Under the pieces are notes generated by a model. It searched no databases. It had not been told where the DNA came from and saw only the letters and a program-made list of their open reading frames with translations. The translations under genes and the position numbers were made by a program. A stretch of 64,000 bases of DNA, taken from Gekko japonicus (Eukaryota). This document shows, in pieces, positions 62,835 through 64,000 of this stretch (the first letter of the stretch is position 1; every line of letters begins with the position of its first letter). The DNA lies in contig NW_015171594.1 in NCBI RefSeq assembly GCF_001447785.1, forward strand, positions 22,877 to 86,876, read 5' to 3'.

Positions 62835-63880
62835 TTGTATGGTTGGAGAAATTCTGTGGAGAGAAAGGAATTAAGAATGTTTACAAATTTCTCTCTCCCT
62901 CCCTCCCTCCGTCCCTTTCTTGTTTCCATGGCAAATCTATTGAGAGCAGCCTTATAGCTTCATTATCACATGTCTTTTCCTAGTGTCCAAAATATGCTTC
63001 AGCCCAGGGGAAATTTCTTGTAAAGTGACTTTTAAAATATTTCAACACTTCAGATGTTCATAAATTAATAATTTTTTTAAAGTAAACTTGCACAATTCAA
63101 GTAGCTAAATTCAGCTTTGTGGTTATTTCCAGTTCCTAAATGCTCCTTGGTGTGTAGCCTATGGCTATTAAGTCTGAATAAAGTGTATTTGTCAAAGGTA
63201 TATGCAAGGTGAGAAGGGAAGAAGTCCAGTTGCAGATATCCAACGAACATGTGCTTGTAAGCCTTCTGGCCTGTTCCAGCTTCCTCAGCATGGATTCGCG
63301 TATGTAAGGATATAATATGACATCCTTTTTTCATAGGTCGAGATACACCAGATCTAGCCTTGAACAGCTAGCATGTTGTTCCCAGTATTTGGTACTTAAA
63401 GGGAATGTGGGTCAGGGACGTTAGGAGAGAGATGGGGAGCTGATGGACTTTTCCCCAGCCATCACTATCCCCTTTCCAGCATGGCTCCCAGTCACTTTTC
63501 CTCCAACCAAGAGATCAAAAAGGAAGGACTGCCCTCCCACTCATCAGGTTCTTTCCTGAAAATGTGATAGACAGATCCTGATGTGCTAGACAGAAAAGAT
63601 GGTGGGGAACTGGGAGATGATGGGACATATTTGTATAGAGGAGATCGCCTCGTCTCTTCTCTTTTTAGAGTTTCAAGAGTCTGTTCTCCAAAGCTGTACA
63701 TTTGTAGTAATAGAGACCCAGAGGGGAAAATTAAAGCAGCTCCTGAACAAGATGCCTACACCCACAAGGGAGATTGTGATGCCTTGGACCCTCCAAGGAT
63801 ACTTTCCATTTTTTCTCAGAACACTGTAAGCTGGTGCTGAGACCCGGCCAAGCAATGGGCTACAACAAACAGATCTCAGC

Positions 63881-64000
63881 CAGTGTTCCCTCTAAGCTGA
63901 GCTAGTGTGAGTTAGCTCACAGTTTTTTAGCCTCTGGCTCACACATTTTTGTCTTAGCTCAGGGATGGCTCCAGAGGAAACTAATTAATGCAGTAGCCAA
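63881..64000. mobile_element. hAT MITE (cagtgttccctctaagctg family), cut by the window end
   Basis: Matches the 34625 copy. Confidence 0.85.

Overview
Vertebrate genomic DNA, most likely from a squamate and probably a gecko (Sauria, Squam2-like, Squam3-like and 5S-derived SINEs, BovB, CR1, L2, Penelope pieces, many hAT and Harbinger MITEs), with N-gaps at 6351-6482, 35400-35890 and 42019-42028. The window holds a family-14-type (class II) olfactory receptor cluster: a gap-truncated + strand OR, two - strand ORs with abnormal starts, a TM7 relic, and a frameshifted OR at 61.9-62.8 kb. A complete STRADA pseudokinase gene (1 non-coding and 12 coding exons, 431 aa, CpG-island promoter at ~36.0-36.75 kb, stop at 56973) sits between these OR genes. 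Most notable: (1) STRADA lies inside an OR cluster instead of its usual LIMD2/CCDC47 neighbourhood; (2) two paralogous ORs lack ATG at the canonical start, but each has an upstream exon ending ATG AAA G|gtaaa that would splice in frame, suggesting split-CDS ORs; (3) their paralogous TATA + O/E + homeodomain promoters; (4) an old segmental duplication that shows both filled and empty transposon sites. All calls come from manual reading; no searches were run, and comparisons to other species are from memory.
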